A stretch of 61,696 nt of DNA, filler included, from Porpidia crustulata (Eukaryota): NCBI GenBank assembly GCA_964255105.1. It is 4 parts of 4 records of this genome, joined end to end, with 100 filler letters (N's around TTAATTAATTAA, not from the genome) between each part and the next. Parts side by side here need not be neighbours in the genome. Positions count along the whole stretch, not along the records: positions 1 to 15,365 come from CAXUWE010000317.1; 3 more parts are not named here. One strand, given 5' to 3'. Below are positions 1 through 10,666 of this stretch, in pieces. Within the stretch, counting starts at the first letter, position 1; every line of letters starts with the position of its first letter. A program made the position numbers and the translations under genes. Below the pieces are notes generated by a model that saw only the letters and a list, made by a program, of their open reading frames with translations, was not told the DNA's origin and did not search any database.

Positions 1-1805
1 CCTCCTCTCGCACCCGTTCCTCCTATTTTCCCTCGTCCCAACCCGTCTGAATCTTCTGTGGCTGAATCAGCTGGGCTTTCTCGATACGCTGTCGGTGCTA
101 GTTCTCCTTGAGCACCACGGAAGGTCGAGAATTTAGCTTCCAGCCTTCGCAATCTGCGCGGATCCCGGCCGATCATGATGGCCCAGCCCTCAATGGCTTC
201 GTCCGTCATGGTTGTCTCGCTTCTCAGTGCGATGCGGGCTTTTCCTCGTCGAGTGTTTGCATCTCGATTGAAAATTTCCGGTGACATCCGCCAAGCAGAA
301 AATAGCGCTTCTTCATTCTGGCCTCTTAGGTCCGCATCGACATCATCACTACCCGCCATAGCGCCGTCGATCGTGCCGCCAACATCTTCTATATCGTAGG
401 TGTCGTCACGTTCATCGTCATCGGAATCGAAGGCAGCAAGGGCGGACAGGATCGCGGCTTTAGAGGGGCGGGAGGAGTCGGAGGCAAGGACGGCATCTGC
501 TGTTTGAGTGGGATCTTTATGTCCCGGACGTATAGAAGATGGGGATATTTCGAGACGATCGAAAGCATCATCGTCGAAGACATTTCGGCGAACAGGTGCG
601 AGAGGAGGTGTGCTGTGGACTGCGAGTTGAGCACCAGAGTCTCGAACATTAGACTTCTGGGGGTAGTGCAATTGCTCAATTCGATCTGCGAGCTGGAATT
701 GAGGTGGTAGAGAGTCATCGAGAAGATGTGCAGTTACTATCTCGGCATCATCATTGTACTCGTCCAGAAGCTTTATTACAAACCCAGCACCAAGATCTGG
801 GAAGAGATCTTGGATCTGAGTTATTAGACTCATCTTATGGACATGCATATTATTCATTACACCATGACCATATTCGTCATTGATCTTGCCCTTGCCCTTG
901 TCGAGTTTCCCTGGGATCAACCTCTTGGTGGTAGTCTCAAATCCACTCAATTTCTGCATTAATGGCTGCGCCCTTGCCATTTCTTGGCCAGAAATTCGGG
1001 CACGCATCTTTGGGAGGAACGGCGTTTTCGAACATAGCCCTGCAAGTAGGGAATCATAATGTGAGAAGGAGTCTAGTTCGTACAATTGATCCAATAGTGT
1101 AGAAATCTTTGGTCGACTTGGTTCCATTAAACTAACCAAGCCTAAATAGATTATAGCTACTAGCTTTTTCTGTAGGTCGGCAGATCCTCCTTCATATGCT
1201 GTGCATAGTGAGTCTATCAGGTCTGTGCCTAGCAATAGAAATTGCCCGTATTGGTAGCACGATTTTAATAATGCTCCTATCCGTATAAGAATCTCATCCA
1301 AGTCGGTTAGAGGACTTTCAATGATTTTTCCACGGCCTTCGAGGACCTGGATGAGAGATGCCTTGCTTTTCTGCATAGAAATCGTATTATCCATGGCTTC
1401 GCGATCCCACAAAGAACCTAGTAGACTATTCAACATTGTACTCTTAGTATATACAATACTCAGATCTCCCCAAAATGTCCATTCTAGTAGCAATGATGGA
1501 ATGGGTTTCACTTCTGAAAATATTCTATGAATGAGGAGAAAGCTTTTTCTTTTCAGACTTTCTACTTGGGGCTTGCTCTTGGAAATCTCATTAGGAAAAT
1601 GACGGATTTCTCTAACATAATCAATTAGAAACAAAGAGAGAGACTGATTTTTCGAAACTTCCACGCAAAATGCTTCCCGTGATAAGAGCAGGTACTTGTG
1701 AGCGAGTAGGATCCACAACTCTAGGCATTGCCCCCACTCATCAGGCAGCATACGCTTTCTTACAGCTGACGGTGGATAGGGTGCGAAAGATGCTAACGAT
1801 TCCAT
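1..1805 (-). CDS. CUE3: CUE-domain protein, Cue3/Rqt3/ASCC2-like (ribosome quality control); 3' end runs off the window
   Basis: Manual translation from ATG 1805: MESLASFAPYPPSAVRKRMLPDEWGQCLELWILL... Contains a CUE domain (SLITQIQDLFPDLGAGFVIKLLDEYNDDAEIVTAHLLDDSLP), DSDDDERDDTYD and MTDEAIEGW motifs. Missing from the ORF track, probably because no stop occurs inside the window. Confidence 0.85.
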   Translation of the reverse strand, partial: MESLASFAPYPPSAVRKRMLPDEWGQCLELWILLAHKYLLLSREAFCVEVSKNQSLSLFLIDYVREIRHFPNEISKSKPQVESLKRKSFLLIHRIFSEVKPIPSLLLEWTFWGDLSIVYTKSTMLNSLLGSLWDREAMDNTISMQKSKASLIQVLEGRGKIIESPLTDLDEILIRIGALLKSCYQYGQFLLLGTDLIDSLCTAYEGGSADLQKKLVAIIYLGLVSLMEPSRPKISTLLDQLYELDSFSHYDSLLAGLCSKTPFLPKMRARISGQEMARAQPLMQKLSGFETTTKRLIPGKLDKGKGKINDEYGHGVMNNMHVHKMSLITQIQDLFPDLGAGFVIKLLDEYNDDAEIVTAHLLDDSLPPQFQLADRIEQLHYPQKSNVRDSGAQLAVHSTPPLAPVRRNVFDDDAFDRLEISPSSIRPGHKDPTQTADAVLASDSSRPSKAAILSALAAFDSDDDERDDTYDIEDVGGTIDGAMAGSDDVDADLRGQNEEALFSAWRMSPEIFNRDANTRRGKARIALRSETTMTDEAIEGWAIMIGRDPRRLRRLEAKFSTFRGAQGELAPTAYRESPADSATEDSDGLGRGKIGGTGARG

Positions 1806-2092
1806 GTTATTTTTACAGTCCTTAGATGGCCAGCTCAATTGTAAAAATTGTCACCTAGCTTGGATCATGACGAACAAAAAAAACAGCTGTATCATGATGC
1901 ATAGATTACCGGCTGAACATGATAAGCGAGCGCCAAGACTTGCAGACGCACAATTGGAACATGATCATCCTCGCGGCATTTGCATTATCTCTCAAGCAGC
2001 CTTTCATCACCTTACCGAACCCAGTTGTTCAGGTCTTGACTGGCATCGGCAACAGTACTTATCATCTCATACATTAAAAATCACTCCTCAGA

Positions 2093-2624
2093 ATGTCCTA
2101 CCAAAAACCCGAGAAGGAGTTCGGCGAAGGCCCTGTACATCTTCCCCATCCATCTGACTGCGACCAACTAACGCTGCATGCTAGAAAACCCACAAAATCC
2201 GCATTACACTCACCTCGCGCAAAGTCTCATCCCTCGAGAAAGTTTGCCAGGAGTTGATCGAGCGCGCCAAATCAAAGGATCTCCGCGTCAAGGGCCCTGT
2301 TCGCTTGCCGACAAAGTCGCTGAAGGTGACGACGAGGAAGACACCCTGCGGTGAGGGGAGTAAGACTTGGGATACGTACGAGATGAGGATTCATAAGCGG
2401 TTGATTGAGTGAGTGGCTTTCAATTCCACGAGTTGGGAAGGGTGTCCTTTGGGGTGACATAAGTTGAGGAAAGATTATAGAACTCGTGGTTATGAGTTTG
2501 TCTTAATGGATTATAGCTGATTTGTATTGTGCAAATTAGTCTCAACGCCCCGACCGAGGTTGTCAAACAGATCATTATCAACATCGAGGCTGGGGTGGAG
2601 GTGGAGGTTACGATTGCGGCTTAA
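2093..2624 (+). CDS. RPS20: 40S ribosomal protein S20 (uS10), 3 exons
   Basis: Exons 2093-2134, 2185-2408 and 2540-2624 splice (GT-AG) to [28 protein letters not shown]...[67 protein letters not shown]. Not in the ORF track. Confidence 0.97.
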
Positions 2625-2875
2625 AAGGTCGTGTGATCGAGTCTGGGAGTGGTCATGGGGCTGATAGAGGTCGTCATGCGCTCACAGAAAGGTATGGCTA
2701 TTGATACAGTAGTGTAAGCCTTTGGTAGTGTCAATCTCGATCTCTGAATTAGCCACTCGCTGCTTGGGAGAGACAGCTGCAATTTTCGTGCTCAATCCAC
2801 TCAATTATAGTACGCCACACGCTTAACCCCTTTGCTATACCTCTAGTAGTCCAGAGATTCCTGGTCTCGATGGTC

Positions 2876-4649
2876 TCAAAAATCCCAATCCACCCATTCC
2901 ATTTTAGGCGGCAGCGCAGGAATAACGCCGTCTTTAAAAGCTCCATGTTGCTTCGCATACATGTAATTCTCCTTGGTAGCATCATCATAGGCTTGGTTAA
3001 GTAACTCCTGCTCTCTCTTGGAGAGCGGTGGTCCATTCGGAAAACAGATCTTTTCAAGAGCGCCGTCGTTCCTTTTGATGAACGCTTCTTCACCGACGTA
3101 GCTCACAGGCCTACCTTTCCAAGTTGTAGGATTGCCATTTGCATCACGCGTGGCATGTTTCTGGGAGCTGGATGCTGTGCCAAGATTGCCAAACGTAGCG
3201 TTCAGGGTTGTAGCAGAGGACTGGCTAGAAGTAGTCGTGGTTTGGCTGCCTTGTACCTTCCCAAAAGCCCCAGTTTGTGATTGGGCAGGCTGTCCAAAAG
3301 CTGACGTCGACGGAGCTAAAGGGATCGGTGAAGGATCTCCCCATTTATCTGTGGTAGCTGGAGCTTTGGCGAACGGATTCGAAGCTGCTGGTAATGATGG
3401 CTGACCGAACACACCTTGCTGCGATGTTGCTAATGGTGCAGCAAAATGGTTTGCTGGCTTTGCGAACGCCGTGCTTTGTTGATTCGTACCTAGCGCTGAG
3501 GATACACCAAATGCCAATGGTTGCGGGGGTTTTAGGCCAAAGGTATGTGGTGCAGAAGGTTGACCAAATGCAGGAGTTATGGACGATGGTTGCCCGAAGA
3601 CTGAGGCAGACTGGCCGAAAGTCGTCGATGGACGACCAAGCTGGGAGGTTTGGCCAAATCCCGAAGGCTTGCCCGAAGCTGCTGGCTGCTGCCCTAGAGA
3701 CGAAGGTTGACCAAAGGCAGAAACAGGTGCCGATGGTTGGCCTAAAGCAGCTCCTGGTCTACCAAAGGCTGAAGTCGTTGGCTGGGGACCTCTCCCTGTC
3801 GCCGAAGGTTGTCCAAAAGTAGATGGCTGGCCAAATGTCGAGGCAGGTTGTGGAGCACTAGTAGAAACTTTCGTTTGTGCGGCGGAAACTCCTTTGCCGA
3901 TGCAAATATCTGTGCGGTTGGGATGTTCATTTTCTCCATTTATGATGTACTTGATCGCTCCATCTACATCATTCAAAGCAGTCTGTATCTGCTGCTCGGC
4001 ATTGCCCACAAGATTTTGGACTTCTTGAATAGCCTGCTGCTCATTTCCCGAAGCGGCTAGCTGATAGTGATGCAAACGTACTTCTTCAAAGCTCTGTTCA
4101 CGAGGATAGCCACCGAATAGTTGTAGAGGCGGATCTCGTCCAGCACCGTAGGCAGACAGAATCCATAGAGGGCGTTCCTTTGCGAGATCATTGATTATAG
4201 TGTTCTTGTCGAGCTTGTATCTTAATAGAAGGGTTAGCTACCTCAGGTAGTCAATGATACGCGTTTGACGTACGGGATTTCTCGACTATCTCGTTTTGAA
4301 GATGCGTCTATATGACGGTCATTTAGCAAAGCTCAACGGGACGTTCCAAGCCTTCGAATATACATGAGGTAGGTCCCTGAATCAAAACCCGCAACCTTGA
4401 AAAAAAGACGCTAGTAAATCAGAGTGCTTGACTCACTCAGGAAAGGGCTTGTTCCTCGATTGTTGGTATTGCTGTTCTGCAAGGGCCCAAAAGGGTTCCT
4501 ACTCGTGAAAGAGCTACTGCTCTTGGCAGGGTGCTCATCTCTACATCGATCTGTACGTGACTCAGCTCGAATGTCAGAAGTATCGCAAACGCTCAAAACA
4601 GACCTCCATATCTACAGTCTCCTCGTAGATAGAAGCGGCAAACCGTCAT
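2876..4649 (-). CDS. CCCH zinc-finger FG-repeat nucleoporin, Nup42/Amo1/hCG1-like, 4 exons
   Basis: Spliced N-terminus MTVCRFYLRGDCRYG-DRCRDEH (CCCH), ERPLWILSAYG...EQSFEEVRLHHY, many FGQPS repeats, and C-terminal FKDGVIPALPPKMEWVDWDF resembling the Gle1-binding end. Confidence 0.85.
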
Positions 4650-6787
4650 AATGACGCCCTCTCGACGTCCGGCCTGAACGCTTTCGAAGGTCAATCGCGC
4701 TAACGGTTTAATACCTCAATACTAGAACAGCCTGCTTGAGCTATACTTCTACCATCTATCAATAATTCATAGCGCCTAATAGTTTCAACAAGATCGAACA
4801 ACCATGGTCAGAAGACAAATCCAAGTTAACCTCCCACGATCGGCTTGGACGCGCTGTCCATGTGTGCAGCATTTCAACTTCGGACAAAGGAGACGTTACT
4901 GGATAGCGCGATAGCACTGCGGATAGTGTACTCGTATTGTACGGATCAAAGTGGGTAATTTTGAGTATAATACGGTAAAAAAGCCATGAGCGCACACCAC
5001 CCTGAAGATCTCGCCTCCACATTCAATTCTCTCCAAGTTTTTCCATAGCCGTTTCTTTTCTCCACACATATCATTGAGCTTCCTTTGGTCGCAATACAAT
5101 ATTTGCACAACGACATTCGCAGATCATGAAGATCACCAGAGTGTTGTCAGACTCAGAGCTGATTATGTATGGAGTGTTGAGGATGATTGTTTAGTGTGTA
5201 TTTGCAGGTGAACTACCATCCATCAAAGATTTACCAATTAGCAATAGAAATGAAGCGAGGTGTAGAGTGTCTCCAGAAGACGACCTTCCGCTGTCATCCA
5301 GAAGAGATTCCTCCTTTAATGTATTCCTCCGTGGAGCACAGCCTAATGATCAAGACTACCGGAAATCAAGCGCCCAATCATAAATGAGGGTTTACTATTT
5401 GCTTGTCTATCTTCAGATGACATCCCAGCATCTATCTTGTGCTCTCAAGATGTGTTCAATTCTAATCAAGTTTTCCTTCTCCCTTTCCTCGCTCGAGTGC
5501 TTCTTAGGTATTTACATGTTCTTCAATGCAATTTCCTCTATAACTATCGGTGCTTAATTTCGTAAACTGCATGATCCTTCGTGATGATCGAGAGCCTTTA
5601 CCCAAGGATTTCATAGTCTTCGTTTCTACATTTATGAGGTATGATTGGTACAACAACATCATTATTTGACAATCAGGACGAGGACCATGTGGAAAGGCTG
5701 GCAAAGCAAAAGTCTCGACAGAGAAGGCACCATATCTTATGTAAAGGTTTATCAGCCCATCTTATCTCAGTCGCTGGCTTTCTATCTATCTGAGCTGTTG
5801 CTTTCTGGAAGCCCAGTGGAAAATAGTTGACGTCATCGATGTATTGAAATAATGGCGGCGTCGCATTGGGTTAAGATTATCATTGATTTGCGCACACTGC
5901 GTGTACAGTATGGATCCAATTACGTGAGCGCCGCCGTGTTTTTGGGCCTGATTCTCTTTAGATTGAACAAGCACGAATAAAGATAATAATTTGCCTACCC
6001 GAGTCTACACACAACTCTATATTATGCTACTACTTACACGGTGTTCAGAAGGATTTAATTGCGAATTTACCAAGAGATTCGATGCACATTTCAAAGGCAA
6101 GAAGATTTGGACAAGGCAAGGCAGACACGGGTTACTGAAACATGAGGTGCCTCACATTCGGCGCCCTGTGCCATAAAGCTGCATGTGGCTTTCCCCAGCA
6201 CAGCAGAACACTGCGGCGCAGGTACACTCGAAGGACTAAAGTCTGCCCGCAGTTTCCAGATCCAGTCTTACCATGCGAGGCTGCGCACGGTGCATGCTCC
6301 TTTACTTGAATGAGATCCTCAGTTTGTTTGTGTAATCAAAAACCTCTACATTACCACACAACAGAGATAACTGAAAGGCAATTTATTAACCAAGAAGCGT
6401 GTCTACAGACACCGTATGGAGGGCGTCAGGCCTCATCCGGCTCGCCTAGGACAGGTTTCTTTGGACAGACGCATGACGCTTGTTACAAGGACTGATCTGG
6501 TCCTTTGACTTTCCCACCACTCAAGCGTTACTTCTTGTCTAATGGTCAGCCTGAGAAGAGGAAACACGCTGTGACATCGATGTGAGTTACGTGAACTACT
6601 GGGTATGTTACCATTCTATAGTGGACAGTAAGTCTTAACATGGCTCTCATCAGGCGACTGACGGTCGTCCAGTCTAAATGTGTATCATTTCCTGGCGACA
6701 TTATAATGGCTGCAGGTTGCAGTCCTTCGAGACCAGAAGGAAACCCAACAATTACCAATACTGAACAACAAAGTCCAAAGGATCCCG

Positions 6788-8647
6788 GTGTCCCGCGATC
6801 ACTTCGATCCACCTCGAAAGAAAAGGGTAGATGCAGATTTGCTTTCGGCATCAGGAGCTTTAACCTCTAACCTGAAGGCTCGTAATGTACATTTGGATAT
6901 CGAGTTAGCTTTGAGAAAGAGCTTTGGGGTACCAAGTAGCTCTTTACTTCTGAACCCACCAGAGACAAGTCTTGCCGCAGATTTATCCTACAGTGCTGAC
7001 AGTGAGTCGACCGCGATCGATGGCGCGCACAGAGCGATTGAAAGAGCCTTGCGTACAAGGCATAGAGTCCCTCCTACAAGTAACGAGTTGCCAGCCAAGA
7101 CCTCAGCTCCTCTCCAGACACCCGCCTCAGCCAGCACAATCAAAATCCAAGACCATAATACTCCGGTTATGAGTCCGGCCTTAGACTTCCACGGGGAGAA
7201 TCTTTTTTTGGGCTTTCACAGCACGTCATTGAGTCTAGAGAGAAAGCGACTACTGGATACTAGGGTGGTGAAAGAAGAACCAGGAGCTTCTCATGAAAAA
7301 GTTGAAATACCAGAGATTTTCATATCAGAGTCCGCGGTCATTGAGGACGCAGAACCTAATTTAGGTTCTAATAAAAAGTCGTATGACAGACAGTCTTTAG
7401 ACACCGAAGACGCGCAGTCTAGCTCCGGCGAACTTGGCACAGCAATCGGCGAAGCCAAATCTGCTCACACGAACAAAGCAGTAAACCATCCACATGTTCT
7501 GAAACGAGAGGATCTCGCGAGAAAGCTTGGTATTGACCTCATTGTGACCGCACCTAAATGCCATGGATCTAAAGAAACAGACGGGATGAGGTGCGGTAAT
7601 CCGATATCAAAGCCAAATTGGAAACATGTCCGCCACTATTTGGACCGTCTTGTAAAAGTTGATCTTTTCTGTGACAGCAAGGAACGCGCAGAAGACCTCC
7701 TAAAGCTCGCCTGTCTTATAAATTGCCAGCGTTACCACCAGGACCAGGCAATTATTCTGAAGGAATCCTGGGAGAAGCTGCTTTCTGGTACCGTACAGAG
7801 TATTAAACGCTCGAGATCGCTTGATGGCGATGTCCAATCTCACTCTTCGACAACTTCAGCGGACAGTATTGCTACAGCAAGGTATGATTTAGAAGCCAAA
7901 AGTGTCTCGAAGCGTTCAACGAAATACCGGGATGATTCCGACTTTAGTCCCGGGAGTAAGTCCAACGCAGACACAATAATCCGAACTTTGGTGGCATATG
8001 ACCTCAAATTGAGGGATACAGCCGATATAATGAATTTGTTCAAAGGCATTATAAGCAAAGACCTCACGCCAGTTGACATTCGTCAACGCGGGTTCCTGTA
8101 CATCTACTGGTTCCCCGCGAATTTTGGGTTAATCAAGATAGGCAGATCGTCAGGCGCCGTTGAAAGGCGTCTCAAGGAATGGGAGCGCCAATGCGGCCAC
8201 AAACCAATACTTCTCTTCCCCAAAACATCAGAAGATATAGAGCCAGTGTCTCATACCCACCGGCTCGAAGCCATAGTTCACGCTGAGTTTCGCCAGTACA
8301 GAATGAAAGAGCCGAAATGCAAAGGATGCCACAAAACCCACAAGGAATGGTTCGTCAGACCGTTCTCCGTCGCCGTCGCAGCTGTGAGGAAGTGGTCGAC
8401 CTGGATGCGGCAAGAGCCCTACGAGCCAACTGGTCAGCTCAAGCATGTCCACAAATTGGATCTACAGAATCTCGCCAAGATCGTGCCGGACGCTAAGGGG
8501 CGCAGCCCGTTACCACGTTCAAGGTTGGGATCCAGACGACCTCGTCCAGACAGGTTGGACTCTCGCTTTCGGTCGCGCTCTGAGCAGCCGAGGCGGCGTA
8601 GCTCAAGGCTTGCTGACAAGAGGAGGTTATCCTCGCAAGGAGTGTGA
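6788..8647 (+). CDS. T5orf172/Mug113 (GIY-YIG-like) domain protein; true start uncertain
   Basis: GFLYIYWFPANFGLIKIGRS...VERRLKEWERQC...HRLEAIVHAEF...CKGCHKTHKEWF, plus an upstream Cys motif CHGSKETDGMRCGNPI. The ORF begins at GTG; first in-frame ATG is near 7169. Confidence 0.8.
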   Translation: MSRDHFDPPRKKRVDADLLSASGALTSNLKARNVHLDIELALRKSFGVPSSSLLLNPPETSLAADLSYSADSESTAIDGAHRAIERALRTRHRVPPTSNELPAKTSAPLQTPASASTIKIQDHNTPVMSPALDFHGENLFLGFHSTSLSLERKRLLDTRVVKEEPGASHEKVEIPEIFISESAVIEDAEPNLGSNKKSYDRQSLDTEDAQSSSGELGTAIGEAKSAHTNKAVNHPHVLKREDLARKLGIDLIVTAPKCHGSKETDGMRCGNPISKPNWKHVRHYLDRLVKVDLFCDSKERAEDLLKLACLINCQRYHQDQAIILKESWEKLLSGTVQSIKRSRSLDGDVQSHSSTTSADSIATARYDLEAKSVSKRSTKYRDDSDFSPGSKSNADTIIRTLVAYDLKLRDTADIMNLFKGIISKDLTPVDIRQRGFLYIYWFPANFGLIKIGRSSGAVERRLKEWERQCGHKPILLFPKTSEDIEPVSHTHRLEAIVHAEFRQYRMKEPKCKGCHKTHKEWFVRPFSVAVAAVRKWSTWMRQEPYEPTGQLKHVHKLDLQNLAKIVPDAKGRSPLPRSRLGSRRPRPDRLDSRFRSRSEQPRRRSSRLADKRRLSSQGV

Positions 8648-9361
8648 TTACCACTTTAATGATTTATAGCTCAATCGTTATGCATGTCTTTCTCCACATA
8701 TCCACTACTAACTTATGTTCTTGCTTTTTCTCTTCCTTAAACCTCGCGAGAACGAAGTGTGTCGGTACACAAGCCAAGAAAACATTGACATGATGTAATG
8801 CGTCATGTGTAACTGAACATATTGGATAGAATGGCAAATGCAATCTTATCTTGGGGGGGGCGAAAACTCTTCGCTTACACTTCTTGCGGTCTGATTCCTG
8901 TCTTGAAGGCGTTGGTTGATGCTGACTTTGATGTTCGTTCATCAAGTCAAATTCATACACTGTAGGAATTTACGCTTCCAGGATCCGAACATCTCATCTA
9001 TGGCTGCTCCTGCCTCCTTACAGCAAGCATACATGTGTACGGAAATGAAACCCTAACCTTAGCTATGAGATGAAATTACAATGTTCCTCACATGATCAAG
9101 GCATCAGTGGGTATGACAGGAAGACTGGAATTCAAGAATGAAATAACGAGGGATTCGAAAGAGATAAACCGTAATTTCTGTATGATATCGCTCTAGTTTT
9201 TTGCGCAATTTCCCACTTGCTGTAGAAATTTATGAAGCTGCCAGAGACAAAGTCTATAAGCATCAGGGTCATAATCAACGCTACATTTCCTACAGGTCGA
9301 CGACTTTTTGCTTGAACTGATTCCATCGTATATACAGTAGCTTAATCGCACCCCCCACAGC

Positions 9362-10457
9362 CTATAGGGTGAATGCAGCAGTAGAATTTTCTGCCGATCT
9401 AGATCCTCGCTGCATACTGTCCCTCAAGGCGGCCCAGTTCACACCGTCGATTTTCCGACCATTTATGTTCTTCCCGTATTCAAGCAATGTTTTTGATTTG
9501 CCCGTGAGTTGTGCTCTCATTATGAGCGTATCGTTAGCGCTAGTCATGGTTCTCCCATCACCGTTTTTAAGGTAATGTTCAAACCAGGCCTCCTCTTCAT
9601 CGTTCAATGGAAGACCTATCAATTCCATCCCTCTGGCGGCGCTTACGGTTCCTGTCGAACTGGTCAAGACAAAATTTAGAAGCTTCTCGAAAAGGTTTCG
9701 GTGGCTCGTTTCCCCTAAGCCACGGGAGAAGTAGAAAGCTTCAGTCACACTACATCGGCACATTATCGAGAAAAATTCCTCAAAAACCTTGTTCGATGTG
9801 ATGCATGAAGAGACTGTGTGGAAATAGGCGAGAGGAATAGCGACGTCAGTTCCGGTCGTATGTCTACATAGCGTGTACAATATCTCTTCGGGGAATGTTG
9901 GAATCAGTGATGGTTCAGCAAGGTAATCCAATGCTCTCTTTAACAAGACATTATCAGTATTTATAGCTTAGAACTCAAGAGTATTTCATTTACTTCAAAT
10001 TTCTGCTTATCCATGCACCAAATTCCGTCGATAAATGTTCGATATTTCTGAGGCAAATAGATGGCCTTTGCAAACTTTTCAGCAGGTCGACTGGGATGAT
10101 GAAGATCTTTTAAAATGTAGTACAATACGGATTGCTTATGGTGGTCAGGAGAAACGCCTGAAACTATCAAGCGGTGGAGGTTCCTAAGGCTTTCGTTTGA
10201 ACGCGGCGGATATTGTTTCGATGCTACTCAACAACAGATTGATACAGCATTCAGCGGAAGGTCTACCACGATGTGATTAGACCTAGCTCACCTCGTTCAA
10301 TGCCAAGAGCTTTCAACAGCCGGTCCACAAAAAGTTCATTCTCTAATGATCTACGATTGTGGAGTATTTGGTCAATTGTGTGCTGGTCATACGTGATGCT
10401 TGGTTCAAAACTGTAAACTGCTTGAAAATTCGCGTCAGGATCCTCATAATTATCCAT
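9362..10457 (-). CDS. ELYS-like nuclear pore complex assembly protein, 3 exons
   Basis: Three ORF pieces join via GT-AG introns: LFVDRLLKALG / YPPRSNESLRNLHRLI...HHKQSVLYYILKD...FIDGIWCMD / RALDYLAEPSLIPTFPEEIL, typical of short fungal ELYS-domain proteins. Confidence 0.83.
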
Positions 10458-10666
10458 GCGTATTGCGTAGCAATACTGTCAAATGACAGTAAGGTGTTGT
10501 GCTTCGATAAAAGAACAACAATCAACATCAAATCCAAAGGCCGGTGTTTATCCGTGTTATATCCGGCGCTAGGATGGGTAGGGCTGGACTGTAAACAGTT
10601 GCGAAGGTAAACAATCGCGACTCCAAACCCGCAGCTGGCGCGGACTAAGCACCATCAATCAGGACA
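10458..10666. promoter_or_regulatory. 209-bp divergent promoter (ELYS-like/SMC4) with three forkhead-type motifs
   Basis: GTAAACA at 10591-10597 and 10607-10613, and TGTTTAT at 10545-10551. Confidence 0.5.
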
